A stretch of DNA of 37,681 nucleotides from positions 1 to 37,681 of the forward strand of contig JBEPZV010000024.1 of assembly GCA_041640655.1 (NCBI GenBank). The letters run 5' to 3'. Source of the DNA: a bacterium. GTDB lineage: Bacteria; Acidobacteriota; Blastocatellia; HR10. A program made the position numbers and the translations under genes. Shown piece by piece: positions 18,542-27,549 of the stretch (the stretch's first letter is position 1; each line of letters opens with the position of its first letter). The notes under the pieces are model-generated. The model had not been told where the DNA came from and made no database searches. It saw nothing but the letters and a program-made list of their open reading frames with translations.

Positions 18542-19590
18542 GCCGACTTCTGGCGCGCGATGCTGACGCTACAGCTCACGCGCGCGGAGCGAGCGATGCG
18601 CTCGCGCGATGCGTGGCGGGCCTCCGACCCGAGGACGCCGTTCGGAATATCCTCAGGCGCAAAGCCGAGCGCGAAGCCGGGCAGTTGAAACCGGCCTCAC
18701 AGAAGACGGCCCTCATCCTGCAAGGCGGTGCCATGCGCGGGGTCGCCAGCGCCGGCGCGATCATCGCCCTGGAGCAGCTCGGATTCACGTGCGCCTTCGA
18801 TGCCGTCTACGGCGCTTCGGCCGGGGCCATCAACGGCGCGTACTTCCTGGCCGGACAGGCTGCTTTCGGAACTTCGATCTATTATCAGGACATCGCCAAT
18901 CGCCGCTTCATCAACCTCTGGCGCCTTCGGAAGATCGTGGACATGGACTTCCTCTTCGAAGAGATCATCGCGCGCCGGAAGCGGCTGGATCTTCGGCGCG
19001 TGCGCGAGAACCCGACGCCGCTCGTGATCGTCGCCACCGACGCGCTCACCGGACGCGAGGCCGTCTTCTGCAGCCATGACGAAGAAGTTGATCTGCTCAC
19101 CGCCCTCAAAGCCAGTGCGGCCCTGCCCATCCTCTATCCGCATCCGGTTCGCCTTAAGGATCGCTTGTACGTGGACGGCGGAGTCGTGGACGCGATTCCC
19201 ATTGAGCGGGCCGTGCGCGACGGATGCACGGACCTTCTCGTCGTGCTCACCGTCCCCAAGACTCATCGGGCGCAGCCGCCCAGCGCGCTCGAACGCGCAT
19301 TAGCGGCGCGGTGGCTCCGTTCCATCAGCCCGGATCTGGAGCGGGCCTTCCTCAAGCGGCATGAAGCGTACAATCGAGCCCTCGATCTCGCCCTCGGTCG
19401 CCGCACGGTCCCGGCCAATATCGTCGCGCTTTTCCTCGATGCTCAGCTTCCGCTTCGCCGTCTGACCACTGATGTCCATCTCCTCAAGCGAGCCGCCATT
19501 GAGATGGGACGCCTCACCCTCTGGCTCTTCACCGGAGCTGACCATCGTCCTCTGGAACTGCTGCACTTCCTGAGAACCTCCTTTGTCTGA
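18538..19590 (+). CDS. patatin-like phospholipase
   Basis: Oxyanion LQGGAMRG, nucleophile GASAG, ASAALP and catalytic DGG; GTGA overlap with the upstream stop (exact start uncertain). Confidence 0.9.
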   Translation: MSRLLARDADATAHARGASDALARCVAGLRPEDAVRNILRRKAEREAGQLKPASQKTALILQGGAMRGVASAGAIIALEQLGFTCAFDAVYGASAGAINGAYFLAGQAAFGTSIYYQDIANRRFINLWRLRKIVDMDFLFEEIIARRKRLDLRRVRENPTPLVIVATDALTGREAVFCSHDEEVDLLTALKASAALPILYPHPVRLKDRLYVDGGVVDAIPIERAVRDGCTDLLVVLTVPKTHRAQPPSALERALAARWLRSISPDLERAFLKRHEAYNRALDLALGRRTVPANIVALFLDAQLPLRRLTTDVHLLKRAAIEMGRLTLWLFTGADHRPLELLHFLRTSFV

Positions 19591-19734
19591 GGCAACGCCA
19601 GCACGAAGCCCGCGCACGCGAGTGTCCGAATCTCGCCCGGGGCTAAACTCGAACGTCCCACTTGGAGGCTCGGATGCAGAATCGGGTCGGTCTCGCGACA
19701 AGGGCTCGCTATCTCCCACCCCAGGCTGGATTCT

Positions 19735-21561
19735 TCACGGGGACACAGGGCGCGTGCTGCGGAAGACGCCGCTGCCCTCCGTTCCGGCGTAGAGCACCTG
19801 GCGCGCGTCGAGAGCGAGCGCGCGAACCGAGAGATTGGTCAGGCCGATGTTGAGCGGCGTCCAGCTCTCCCCGAGATCGCGAGATCGAAAAACGCCCTGG
19901 GCTGTTGCGGCCAAGAGTTGACCGCCTGCCGCGCTCACAAGAGCGCGCACGTCGAGGTCGGTCAGGCCCGTCGTCGCGCGTTTCCATTGCGGCTTCTCCT
20001 GCACAGGCGTGCGAAAGATGCCGCGCGCCGTCGCCGCGAAGAGCGTCCCATCTGAAGTCACCACCAGGGCTCGAATCTCTTGTCCGCCCATGCCGGCGAT
20101 TCCTGAGAGCCCATATCCGCTCCACTTTTGACCATTGTCAGTTGAGCGGAAGACGCCGCTCCCGGTTCCCGCGAAGATCTGGCCATCGGGGCTGGAAGCG
20201 AGGGCGAGGACGCGACGTCCGAACAGTCCCGAACGTCTCCATGTCCCCCCGCCATCCTCGGAACGGAAGAGACCGAGCTGCGTCCCGGCGAAGATCGTGC
20301 CGCTGGGCGCCACGAGAATGGCATAGATCGGCAGATTCGCTAATCCGACGAGCGTCCACGTCTCGCCGTCTCGCGAGAGGAAGAGTCCAAGGGGCGTCCC
20401 GGCCAAGAATGTCCCCCCGCGCGTCACGGCGAGCGCCAGTCCATCTGTCGTCTGCGGGAACACGTGGAGGTAGCTCTGGCCCTGATCGCGAGAGAGAAAG
20501 AGCCCGTTGCCAGCCGTCCCCGCCACAAGCGCGCCATCCGAGCGGACGGCGAGCGAGAGGATGACCGAGGCGATCACGCCCCGATTCACCGCACGCCAAC
20601 TCGTCCCGCCGTCGGTCGAACGGAAGATACCGGCCCCCAACGTCCCAGCCAGGAGCATTCCCTCATCGGTCGGCAGGATTCTGAAGACACGCAAGCTCCC
20701 TAATCCGGTGCTCGCGCCTTGCCAGCTCTCGCCACCTGCGGTCAGGCGAAAGATGCCGCTTCGAGCCGTTCCGACAAAGAGCGCACCGTCCGGAGCGAGC
20801 GTCAGGGAGAGGATCTCCAGATTCCCCAAGCCTTCATTGACTGCTCTGAAGTGCTCGGCGTCATCGGTCGAGACGAAGACGCCGCCGCCGAGCGTGCCGA
20901 CGTAGATCGCATCCTCAGGTGTGATGACGACGCTCGAGATGTTATTGTTGAGCAGGCCAAGATGAAACGTGTAGCGCCAGCTCCGCCCCTCATCTTTCGA
21001 GCGGTAGAGCTCGCCATTGGTCCCGGCATAGATCCAGCCACGGGAATCGCGGGCGAAGGCGCGCACGTCGAAAGCCGCGACGCCGAAGTTCGCCTCTGTC
21101 CAACTCTCGCCCCCATCGGTGGAGCGAAAGATGCCACCGAGCGTGCCCGCGAGAATGTAATCGTCCGTGGGGAAGAGGGCTTGCACGGTGAGATTCTTGA
21201 GCCCCGTATTCACGGCCGTCCAGGTGGCGCCGCCATCGCGCGAGCGATAGATGCCTTGGCCAAATGTCCCCGCCAGAATATCGCCCGCGGGGGTAACGGC
21301 CAAGCTCAGCACATGAGCACCGAGGACGGCCAGCGGTGTCCAGGTCTCCCCGCGATCATCCGAGCGAAAGACGCCACCGCCGAAAGCTCCGGCGAAGATC
21401 GTGCCCGTCGGGCTGATGGCCAGTGAGAGGATCGTCCCCCCCTCCGGCCCCGTCGTCGGCTCCCAGAACGCCAGTTGCGCGGGGGCCGTTCGTCCACCGA
21501 GGGGAAGAATGACGCCCAGAATGAACAGCGCGCTGAGCGCTCTGTTTGTCGTTCGCATCAT
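19735..21561 (-). CDS. secreted BNR/Asp-box (YCF48-like) double beta-propeller protein
   Basis: Signal peptide and about 14 repeats of AGT.G.GVFRS.D.G.TW. Confidence 0.88.
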   Translation of the reverse strand: MMRTTNRALSALFILGVILPLGGRTAPAQLAFWEPTTGPEGGTILSLAISPTGTIFAGAFGGGVFRSDDRGETWTPLAVLGAHVLSLAVTPAGDILAGTFGQGIYRSRDGGATWTAVNTGLKNLTVQALFPTDDYILAGTLGGIFRSTDGGESWTEANFGVAAFDVRAFARDSRGWIYAGTNGELYRSKDEGRSWRYTFHLGLLNNNISSVVITPEDAIYVGTLGGGVFVSTDDAEHFRAVNEGLGNLEILSLTLAPDGALFVGTARSGIFRLTAGGESWQGASTGLGSLRVFRILPTDEGMLLAGTLGAGIFRSTDGGTSWRAVNRGVIASVILSLAVRSDGALVAGTAGNGLFLSRDQGQSYLHVFPQTTDGLALAVTRGGTFLAGTPLGLFLSRDGETWTLVGLANLPIYAILVAPSGTIFAGTQLGLFRSEDGGGTWRRSGLFGRRVLALASSPDGQIFAGTGSGVFRSTDNGQKWSGYGLSGIAGMGGQEIRALVVTSDGTLFAATARGIFRTPVQEKPQWKRATTGLTDLDVRALVSAAGGQLLAATAQGVFRSRDLGESWTPLNIGLTNLSVRALALDARQVLYAGTEGSGVFRSTRPVSP

Positions 21562-21592
21562 CTTCTCGCCCCGTGTTGATGTCTCCCGCTAG

Positions 21593-21621
21593 GGAATAGA
21601 GCACGGCGCGCGCTTTGTCAA
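21593..21621 (-). promoter_or_regulatory. putative promoter for BNR propeller gene
   Basis: Minus strand: TTGACA, 17 bp, TATTCC. Confidence 0.4.
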
Positions 21622-21701
21622 GCGGAGGCGGAGGGAAAATTCCATGCAACATTTCGCCCCCCTTCGGGAGTCGAACCCGATGGGATCAGCAGGAGAGGAC
21701 G

Positions 21702-23519
21702 ATGAAGGGGATTCGCACCATGGAGGGATCTCACGCGATGTTTGTGGACTCGTGGGCGAGACGTGCGGGGGCGAAGCGAAGGGCGCTTGTCGCCGCGTGC
21801 GTTCTCGCAGCGCTCATTGGCGCGCGTCCGATCGGGGTGGCTGCTGAGGAGCGGCTCGTTCCCCAGGTGACGATCGCGCCGGACCTCTTCCCGGCCGGGG
21901 ACGAGGTGCGCGCGCTCGTCTGCATCAGTAACGCGAACGGGCGAGCGACGGCATTGCTGCAACGCGGCGATCTGTGGCGCGTCATGCCGGATCGCTCGCG
22001 CCTGCTACTCGATGGCTGGATCATCCGCGCGCACGTCGTTTCAGAGCGGATGCATCCGGAAGATTGGCTTGTGCGCGTGGACACCCTGGAGAATGCGCTC
22101 GAATTCCATTATGCGGGTGAGCCGGGATCGTTCCGATCGGACGAGCGCGTGTGCGCCGAGATCACGGCGTTCACATCGGTGAGCGTCGGACTTGTGCGCG
22201 TGAGCCTCACGGTGCCTCGCGATCCACTGCGATATGATTCGGCATCGCCGGAGCCGGTGTTCGTGAGCATCGTGGATTTCCCCACAGGTCCTCCAGGACC
22301 GCCCGGGCCAGCCGGACCGGCCGGCCCGCCGGGTCCCCCGGGGCCGCCCGGGCCGGAGCGCGTCGTCATCTCGGCTGAAGGAGCGCTTCCTCCGGGGGCG
22401 ATCATCTTGGGGCGACCGAACGATCCTGGAATTCTCGCCTCGGGTTTTTCAGAGATCGGGCGCTCGGCCATCGAAGCGTGGTTCCCCACCTCGATGACCA
22501 ACGCGCCCAGTGGACGCAGTGGTCACACGGCCATCTGGACCGGCACGGAGATGATCATCTGGGGTGGGAGCACGCTCATCATCGGAGGCTTCACCAACAC
22601 CGGCGCGCGATATGATCCGGCGACCGACACGTGGCGACCGATCTCGACGACGAACGCGCCGAGCGCGCGCAGCAACCACACGGCCATCTGGACCGGCACG
22701 GAGATGATCATCTGGGGTGGGATCGGGCTCCTCGGCCCGCTCAACACCGGCGCGCGATATGATCCGGCCACGGACACCTGGCGCCCGATTTCGACCACCA
22801 ATGCCCCGAGCCCTCGCAGCAATCACACGGCCATCTGGACCGGCAGCGAGATGATTATCTGGGGTGGGAGCGACAGTCGTGGCCCTCTGAACACCGGCGC
22901 GCGATATGATCCGGCGACCGACACGTGGCGACCGATCTCGACGACGAACGCGCCGAGCGCGCGTAGCAACCACACGGCCATCTGGACCGGCACGGAGATG
23001 ATCATCTGGGGCGGTGCCGGCAGCGGGGGTGTGCGCACGAATACGGGTGGGCGATATGATCCCCGCACTGACAGTTGGCGCCCTGTGAGCACAACGGGCG
23101 CCCCGAGCGCGCGCAGTCATCACACGGCCGTGTGGACCGGATCGGTCATGATCATCTGGGGAGGGATCAATAACCTTGACTTCTTCGCCAACGGTGGCCG
23201 GTACGATCCGGCGCGCGACAGTTGGACAGCCGTGAGTACGGCGAATGCTCCCGATGGGCGGAGTCAGCACACGGCCGTGTGGACCGGCACGGAGATGCTC
23301 ATCTGGGGTGGGACCAACCTCAACGGGGCACAAAGCTCCGGAGGCCGATACGACCCGCGCGCGAATGCCTGGTCGAGCTTCACCAGCTCCAATGCCCCGA
23401 GCCCGCGCAGCGGCCATACGGCCATTTGGACCGGCGCGGAGATGATTATCTGGGGGGGGATCGGTCCGCTCAATACAGGCGGACGTCTGGGCTTCCTCTC
23501 CTTCTACCGCAAGAACTGA
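21702..23519 (+). CDS. secreted protein with short collagen-like segment and 7 kelch repeats
   Basis: Signal-like hydrophobic stretch, about 140-aa beta-rich N-domain, (G-P-X)8, and 7x APS.RS.HTA.WTG.EM.IWGG...GRYDP..D.W; SD AGGAGAGG before ATG 21702 (alternative 21738). Confidence 0.85.
   Translation: MKGIRTMEGSHAMFVDSWARRAGAKRRALVAACVLAALIGARPIGVAAEERLVPQVTIAPDLFPAGDEVRALVCISNANGRATALLQRGDLWRVMPDRSRLLLDGWIIRAHVVSERMHPEDWLVRVDTLENALEFHYAGEPGSFRSDERVCAEITAFTSVSVGLVRVSLTVPRDPLRYDSASPEPVFVSIVDFPTGPPGPPGPAGPAGPPGPPGPPGPERVVISAEGALPPGAIILGRPNDPGILASGFSEIGRSAIEAWFPTSMTNAPSGRSGHTAIWTGTEMIIWGGSTLIIGGFTNTGARYDPATDTWRPISTTNAPSARSNHTAIWTGTEMIIWGGIGLLGPLNTGARYDPATDTWRPISTTNAPSPRSNHTAIWTGSEMIIWGGSDSRGPLNTGARYDPATDTWRPISTTNAPSARSNHTAIWTGTEMIIWGGAGSGGVRTNTGGRYDPRTDSWRPVSTTGAPSARSHHTAVWTGSVMIIWGGINNLDFFANGGRYDPARDSWTAVSTANAPDGRSQHTAVWTGTEMLIWGGTNLNGAQSSGGRYDPRANAWSSFTSSNAPSPRSGHTAIWTGAEMIIWGGIGPLNTGGRLGFLSFYRKN
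22500..23490 (+). repeat. intragenic kelch tandem repeats, ~147-150 bp period
   Basis: Seven units; 22596-22717 and 22890-23011 are identical over 122 bp except one base (22670 C vs 22964 T). Confidence 0.9.
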
Positions 23520-23530
23520 GTGAGCACCTC

Positions 23531-23550
23531 GCCCTCCGTTCGGGGGCTTC
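23531..23550 (+). terminator. possible intrinsic terminator after kelch gene
   Basis: GCCCTCC-GTTC-GGGGGC hairpin followed by TTC; weak U-tract. Confidence 0.35.
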
Positions 23551-23659
23551 ATCGGACGCGCGCCTCGTGAGGCCCCCGTTCCCGCCTTCCAGCGGGTGAT
23601 GAGAGCGTGCCCGGTGAGATCAAGCCGCGACCACGTCCATTCGGCGACCCGGTGGCACC

Positions 23660-23688
23660 TTCATGCGCGGACCGGCTTATGGTACACT
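23660..23688 (+). promoter_or_regulatory. sigma70-type promoter for tlpA-thiS
   Basis: TTCATG, 17 bp, TACACT with extended TG. Confidence 0.5.
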
Positions 23689-23737
23689 CATGCCGATGAT
23701 GCGGAGCACACAAAGGGCACTTCGGCGTGGAGAGCAG

Positions 23738-24982
23738 ATGGTGGGACGGATCTTGAGGGGCGTGCTCATTATGGGGTTCGGTGCGAGCGCACTTGTCCTG
23801 GGACAAGCGACGGGCGAGCGCTCAGTGGCCGAGTACATCGAGGAGGTGCAGCAGCTTTTGCGCGAAGCCGGTCGCGCCGATATCAGTGAGAAGGAGGCCG
23901 CGGCGCTCAGGGAACGCGCTCGGGAATCGGCCCGGCAGTATGCGGCGCGCTTGAGGGATAAGGCGAAGGGGAGCGAGGAGCAGTTCCAGCTCGGTTATCT
24001 CTACTACCTGGCCGGTGACCTCGAGAACATGGTGGCCGTCTTTCGCGAGCTGATGCGGGATCGGACCTTGAGCGAAGAGGACCGGCAACGCCTCCGCCTT
24101 TACCTCATTGAGAAATATTGCGAGAGCGGGCGACTTCACGAAGCGGAAGAGGAGCGTGCGGCCATCTCGCCTGAAGCCTTCAATGCGAAGGAGGTGATGG
24201 CGGCGGCGGCGATGCGCCTGGCGGTGGCGTACACGCAGGCCGGACAGTTGGAGCAGGCGGTGCGCGCCCAAGAAGCCGCGTATGAAGCGGCGCGCTCGAG
24301 CGGATTGGTCCCGCTCACGTGGAAGACGGCGCGCGCCCTGGCCGAGCTGTATGCCGCCTTGGGGAGAGTCGGCGAGAGTCGCGCGCTCCTCACGCGGCTG
24401 AAGGACGAATTGCAGCGGCAACTCCTCTGGGCCGAAGGAGAGGCGGTGCAGACGCTCACGCGCACAGTCTCGCAGATCGAGAGCACGCTCGCGCAACTGG
24501 AGCTGATCGGCAAGCCCGCGCCGGAGATCAGCGTCGTGAAATGGATCGAGGAGCCACCGACCCGATTGGCGGATCTGCGGGGACGCGTCGTCGCGCTGGA
24601 ATTCTGGGCCGCTTGGTGCCCCGATTGCCGGGGGATGATCCCACATCTGCGCTCGTGGGCCGCGCGCTATGAGAAGGACGGCTTGAAAATCCTCGCGGTG
24701 ACTCGATACTACGGCTTCAACGGGCGCGAGGTCGGGCGCGCGTCCAAGGAGGAGGAGGAGCGATTCCTGGCCGAATTCAAACGCTTGCGCGAGCTGCCCT
24801 ACGGCACGGCCATGGATGAGGGGCAGCGAAGCTTCGAGACGTATCACGTGACGTGGGTTCCCACGATCGTCATCATTGATCGCGCGGGTCGGATCCGCTA
24901 CATCTTCACCTGGAACGAGAATCCGAGCTTGTGCGAATGGATGATCACGCGCGTCTTGAGCGAATCCACTTCGGAGGGCTGA
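23738..24982 (+). CDS. exported TlpA/ResA-like thiol-disulfide oxidoreductase with N-terminal TPR-like helical region
   Basis: Signal peptide; helical repeats; GKPAPEI...L.DLRGRVVALEFWAAWCPDC, VTWVPT..IIDRAGRIR; SD GGAGAG before ATG 23738. Confidence 0.88.
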   Translation: MVGRILRGVLIMGFGASALVLGQATGERSVAEYIEEVQQLLREAGRADISEKEAAALRERARESARQYAARLRDKAKGSEEQFQLGYLYYLAGDLENMVAVFRELMRDRTLSEEDRQRLRLYLIEKYCESGRLHEAEEERAAISPEAFNAKEVMAAAAMRLAVAYTQAGQLEQAVRAQEAAYEAARSSGLVPLTWKTARALAELYAALGRVGESRALLTRLKDELQRQLLWAEGEAVQTLTRTVSQIESTLAQLELIGKPAPEISVVKWIEEPPTRLADLRGRVVALEFWAAWCPDCRGMIPHLRSWAARYEKDGLKILAVTRYYGFNGREVGRASKEEEERFLAEFKRLRELPYGTAMDEGQRSFETYHVTWVPTIVIIDRAGRIRYIFTWNENPSLCEWMITRVLSESTSEG

Positions 24983-24996
24983 GGAGGTGAGCGCCG

Positions 24997-25200
24997 ATGC
25001 GCGTCCTTCTGAACGGGGAGGAGCGGGAGATCCCGGATGGCCTCACCATCTTGGGGCTCGTCGAGCACTTGAAGTTGAATCCGGAGCGGATCGCCGTTGA
25101 GCGGAACCGCGAAGTCGTCCCCCGCGCGGAGTGGGCGGCCGTGCGAATCCAAGAAGGCGATCGGTTGGAGATCGTGCACTTCGTCGGCGGAGGCACCTGA
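24997..25200 (+). CDS. thiS: sulfur carrier protein ThiS
   Basis: M...NGE.., [27 protein letters not shown](T); SD GGAGGTG. Confidence 0.93.
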   Translation: MRVLLNGEEREIPDGLTILGLVEHLKLNPERIAVERNREVVPRAEWAAVRIQEGDRLEIVHFVGGGT

Positions 25201-25206
25201 GGCGTG

Positions 25207-25662
25207 TCAGGCGCGCTCCCTCTTCTGACACTCCCGGCAGACACCGAGCACCTGCACCGTGTAATCGAGAACGCGCCAGTCTCCGACGACCTCTCTCGGC
25301 AATTGCAGCTGTTCGAGCGCTTCGGTGGAGAAGTCCTCAATGGCGTGGCACTTCACGCAGATGAGGTGGTGATGGCGCGTCCGATTGGCATCGTAGCGCG
25401 CCGTCTCATGAAGCGGCGTCACCTTCGAGATGAGCCCCTCCTGTTCCAGCGTCTCCAGCGTCTTATAGACCGTGGCGAGAGAGATCGTCGGGTACTGGCG
25501 CCGGATGCGCTTGTAGATCTCCTCGGCGCTCGGATGCTGCATGGACGTGATCAGCGCGTGATAGATCGCGAGCCGCTGCGGGGTCACGCTCAGACCGCGC
25601 GCGCGACAGTGCTCGACGAACTGCGCCATCTTGGTCTTGATCGTCTCATCCCTCGCCGGCAA
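25207..25662 (-). CDS. Fur-family transcriptional regulator (PerR-like)
   Basis: G...TPQR.AI, HPSAEEIY, ISLATVY.TL, RYD, HHHLICxxC and C-terminal CxxC; TTG start with SD GGAGAAGAGGG. Confidence 0.92.
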   Translation of the reverse strand: MPARDETIKTKMAQFVEHCRARGLSVTPQRLAIYHALITSMQHPSAEEIYKRIRRQYPTISLATVYKTLETLEQEGLISKVTPLHETARYDANRTRHHHLICVKCHAIEDFSTEALEQLQLPREVVGDWRVLDYTVQVLGVCRECQKRERA

Positions 25663-25704
25663 TGTCCCTCTTCCTCCAAGAGTGATTCTTCGGTGCTAGG
25701 AAAG

Positions 25705-25734
25705 ATTAAACCCCACGGAGACGGACGCCGTCAA
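25705..25734 (-). promoter_or_regulatory. putative promoter for Fur-family gene
   Basis: Minus strand: TTGACG, 18 bp, TTTAAT. Confidence 0.4.
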
Positions 25735-25743
25735 GAGGGGGGG

Positions 25744-26565
25744 TCATGAAATCTCGATCTCCGGTTCGGCGTCACCCGAAGGCTCCATGGGCTGCAGGGC
25801 GCGCCGGGCGAAGGTGAGGAACCCCGTGTGCCCGATCATGCGCTCGAACGGGCGCGTCTTTCCCGAGCGGACCAGGAGATGACGAAGCAGGACTTCGACC
25901 GTCTCGATCATCACGAAGCCTTCAACCTCCAGTGTCGCGACCATGCGCTCGACCTGATTGAAGGTGGGAGAAATCGAAGCCAAGCGCCCGCCGCCGCGCA
26001 GGGCGCGCCGAGCCGCGGGGACGCCCTCCCAGGGCGAAGGGAGATCGAGCAACACGACATCCACGGCCTCCTCATCGAAGCCTTCGGCGACGTCGCGCAC
26101 TTTGAATTCGACCAGATGGGCGAGCCCCGCGCGCTCCACATTCGCGCGCGCGACCTCCAGGAATCGCTCCTCGCGATCGTAGGCGTAGACTCGGCCCGTC
26201 GGGGCCACGGCCGTCGCCAGACAGATCGTCGCGGCACCCGAACCGACGCCGCATTCGATGACGCGCATGCCCGATTGAACGCCGGTTTTGATGAGAATCA
26301 GGCCCGCATCCTTGGGATAGATGATCTGCGTCAGCCGTCGGACCTTCATCATCCGATCCTCGAGCGTCGGGTCCAGGACGACGAAGGGTTGGCCGGTCGA
26401 GCTGTGGACGATTTCTCCATAGCGTTTCCCGAGCACATCGGCGTGGCGAATCTCCCCCGCATGTGTCCCCAGCTTTCCACCTTCGGTCAGGGAGACCAGG
26501 TAGGTCTTGCGATCGGGGGAGTAGAGCAACACGAAGTCTCCAGGTCTCAGCCCTTCGTTCCGCAT
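25744..26565 (-). CDS. trmI: tRNA (adenine(58)-N1)-methyltransferase
   Basis: THAG.I.H, R.TQIIYPKD.G, SAM motif VIECGVGSG, LDLPSPW, P..NQV and RP..RMIGHTGFL. Confidence 0.93.
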   Translation of the reverse strand: MRNEGLRPGDFVLLYSPDRKTYLVSLTEGGKLGTHAGEIRHADVLGKRYGEIVHSSTGQPFVVLDPTLEDRMMKVRRLTQIIYPKDAGLILIKTGVQSGMRVIECGVGSGAATICLATAVAPTGRVYAYDREERFLEVARANVERAGLAHLVEFKVRDVAEGFDEEAVDVVLLDLPSPWEGVPAARRALRGGGRLASISPTFNQVERMVATLEVEGFVMIETVEVLLRHLLVRSGKTRPFERMIGHTGFLTFARRALQPMEPSGDAEPEIEIS

Positions 26566-26580
26566 CGTCTCCCATCACGG

Positions 26581-27471
26581 TCACGGGATCTCGCGCGCGA
26601 GTTCACGGTGGAAGACGTAACCGAGCGTTTTGTAGATGAGCTTCGCCACGATGAAGTTCGAGGCCTCATGTCCCGGCATCGGACAGAGTTCGGTCACGTC
26701 CATGCCGACGATAGTTCGCTGCTCGGCCACCTGACGAATCAGGCGCAGCGTTTCCGACCAGGAGAGTCCCCCGGGCTCGGGCGTGCCCGTCGCCGGGATG
26801 AGCGAAGGATCCAGACCGTCCACGTCAATCGTCAGATAGACCCGTGGGCTCAGGCACTCGATGACCTGAGGGATCCATTCTCGCGGATCATGGAGGTCTT
26901 TGGCGAAGAACGTGGTGACGGGGAGCTGATGCCGCGCGCGCGCTTCTTCGAGCGAGAGGGCGCGGACGCCGACCTGGACGACCGGACAGATCTCGACCAG
27001 GCGCGCGGCGACCGAGGCGTGACTGTATGGCGTGCCGTCATAGCTCTGGCGCAGATCGGCATGCGCATCAATCTGCAGCACGCTCAGGTCGGGATAGCGT
27101 TCAGCGAAGGCCCGGACAATCGGGCTGGTGATCGAGTGTTCGCCGCCGAGCGTGCACAGGAACTTCTCGGTCTCCAGCCATCGGCGCGCTTCATGATAGA
27201 GCCGTTCGATGACCTCTTCGAGGGGAGCGTTGACCGGAGCCGGGGGCAACGTATGAATGCCGAGGCGATAGACTTCGGCCTCCAGCTCTTCGTCGTAGAG
27301 CTCCAGGTGGCGCGAGGCTTCGATGATGGCGTGGGGGCCGAGCGCCGTGCCCTTCAGGAACGTCGTGGTCGCTTCAAAGGGCACAGGCCAGATGAGGATG
27401 CGCGCTGTCTCGAATGCCGTGTACTCGTCCGGCAGACCGCCGAAGGTAAAGTTGAGTTCCGGAATGCTCAT
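26581..27471 (-). CDS. speB: agmatinase (ureohydrolase)
   Basis: GP.AI..AS, GGEHSIT, DAHADL, SHA, DVDGLDP, GTPEPGG and D.TELCP; clustered with speA. Confidence 0.93.
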   Translation of the reverse strand: MSIPELNFTFGGLPDEYTAFETARILIWPVPFEATTTFLKGTALGPHAIIEASRHLELYDEELEAEVYRLGIHTLPPAPVNAPLEEVIERLYHEARRWLETEKFLCTLGGEHSITSPIVRAFAERYPDLSVLQIDAHADLRQSYDGTPYSHASVAARLVEICPVVQVGVRALSLEEARARHQLPVTTFFAKDLHDPREWIPQVIECLSPRVYLTIDVDGLDPSLIPATGTPEPGGLSWSETLRLIRQVAEQRTIVGMDVTELCPMPGHEASNFIVAKLIYKTLGYVFHRELAREIP

Positions 27472-27549
27472 CTCACCGCGTCCGAAGCGAGAGGGCCAGG
27501 GCGAGGCGGAGATGCCCTCATCGGCTCCGCCGCCGGGCTCCCCTTCACC

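Noticed and set aside
21655..21730. Complete tRNA gene on the minus strand
   Set aside because: Only the T-arm is present; there is no D-loop GG, anticodon stem or CCA.
23452..23459. G8 tract in the kelch gene as a phase-variation switch
   Set aside because: It encodes the conserved W-G-G near the C-terminus; slippage would alter only about 20 residues and such a run is unremarkable at this GC content.
22500..23490. Diversity-generating retroelement TR/VR pair in the kelch repeats
   Set aside because: No reverse transcriptase in the window; differences are not adenine-specific and include indels; all copies are in-frame coding.
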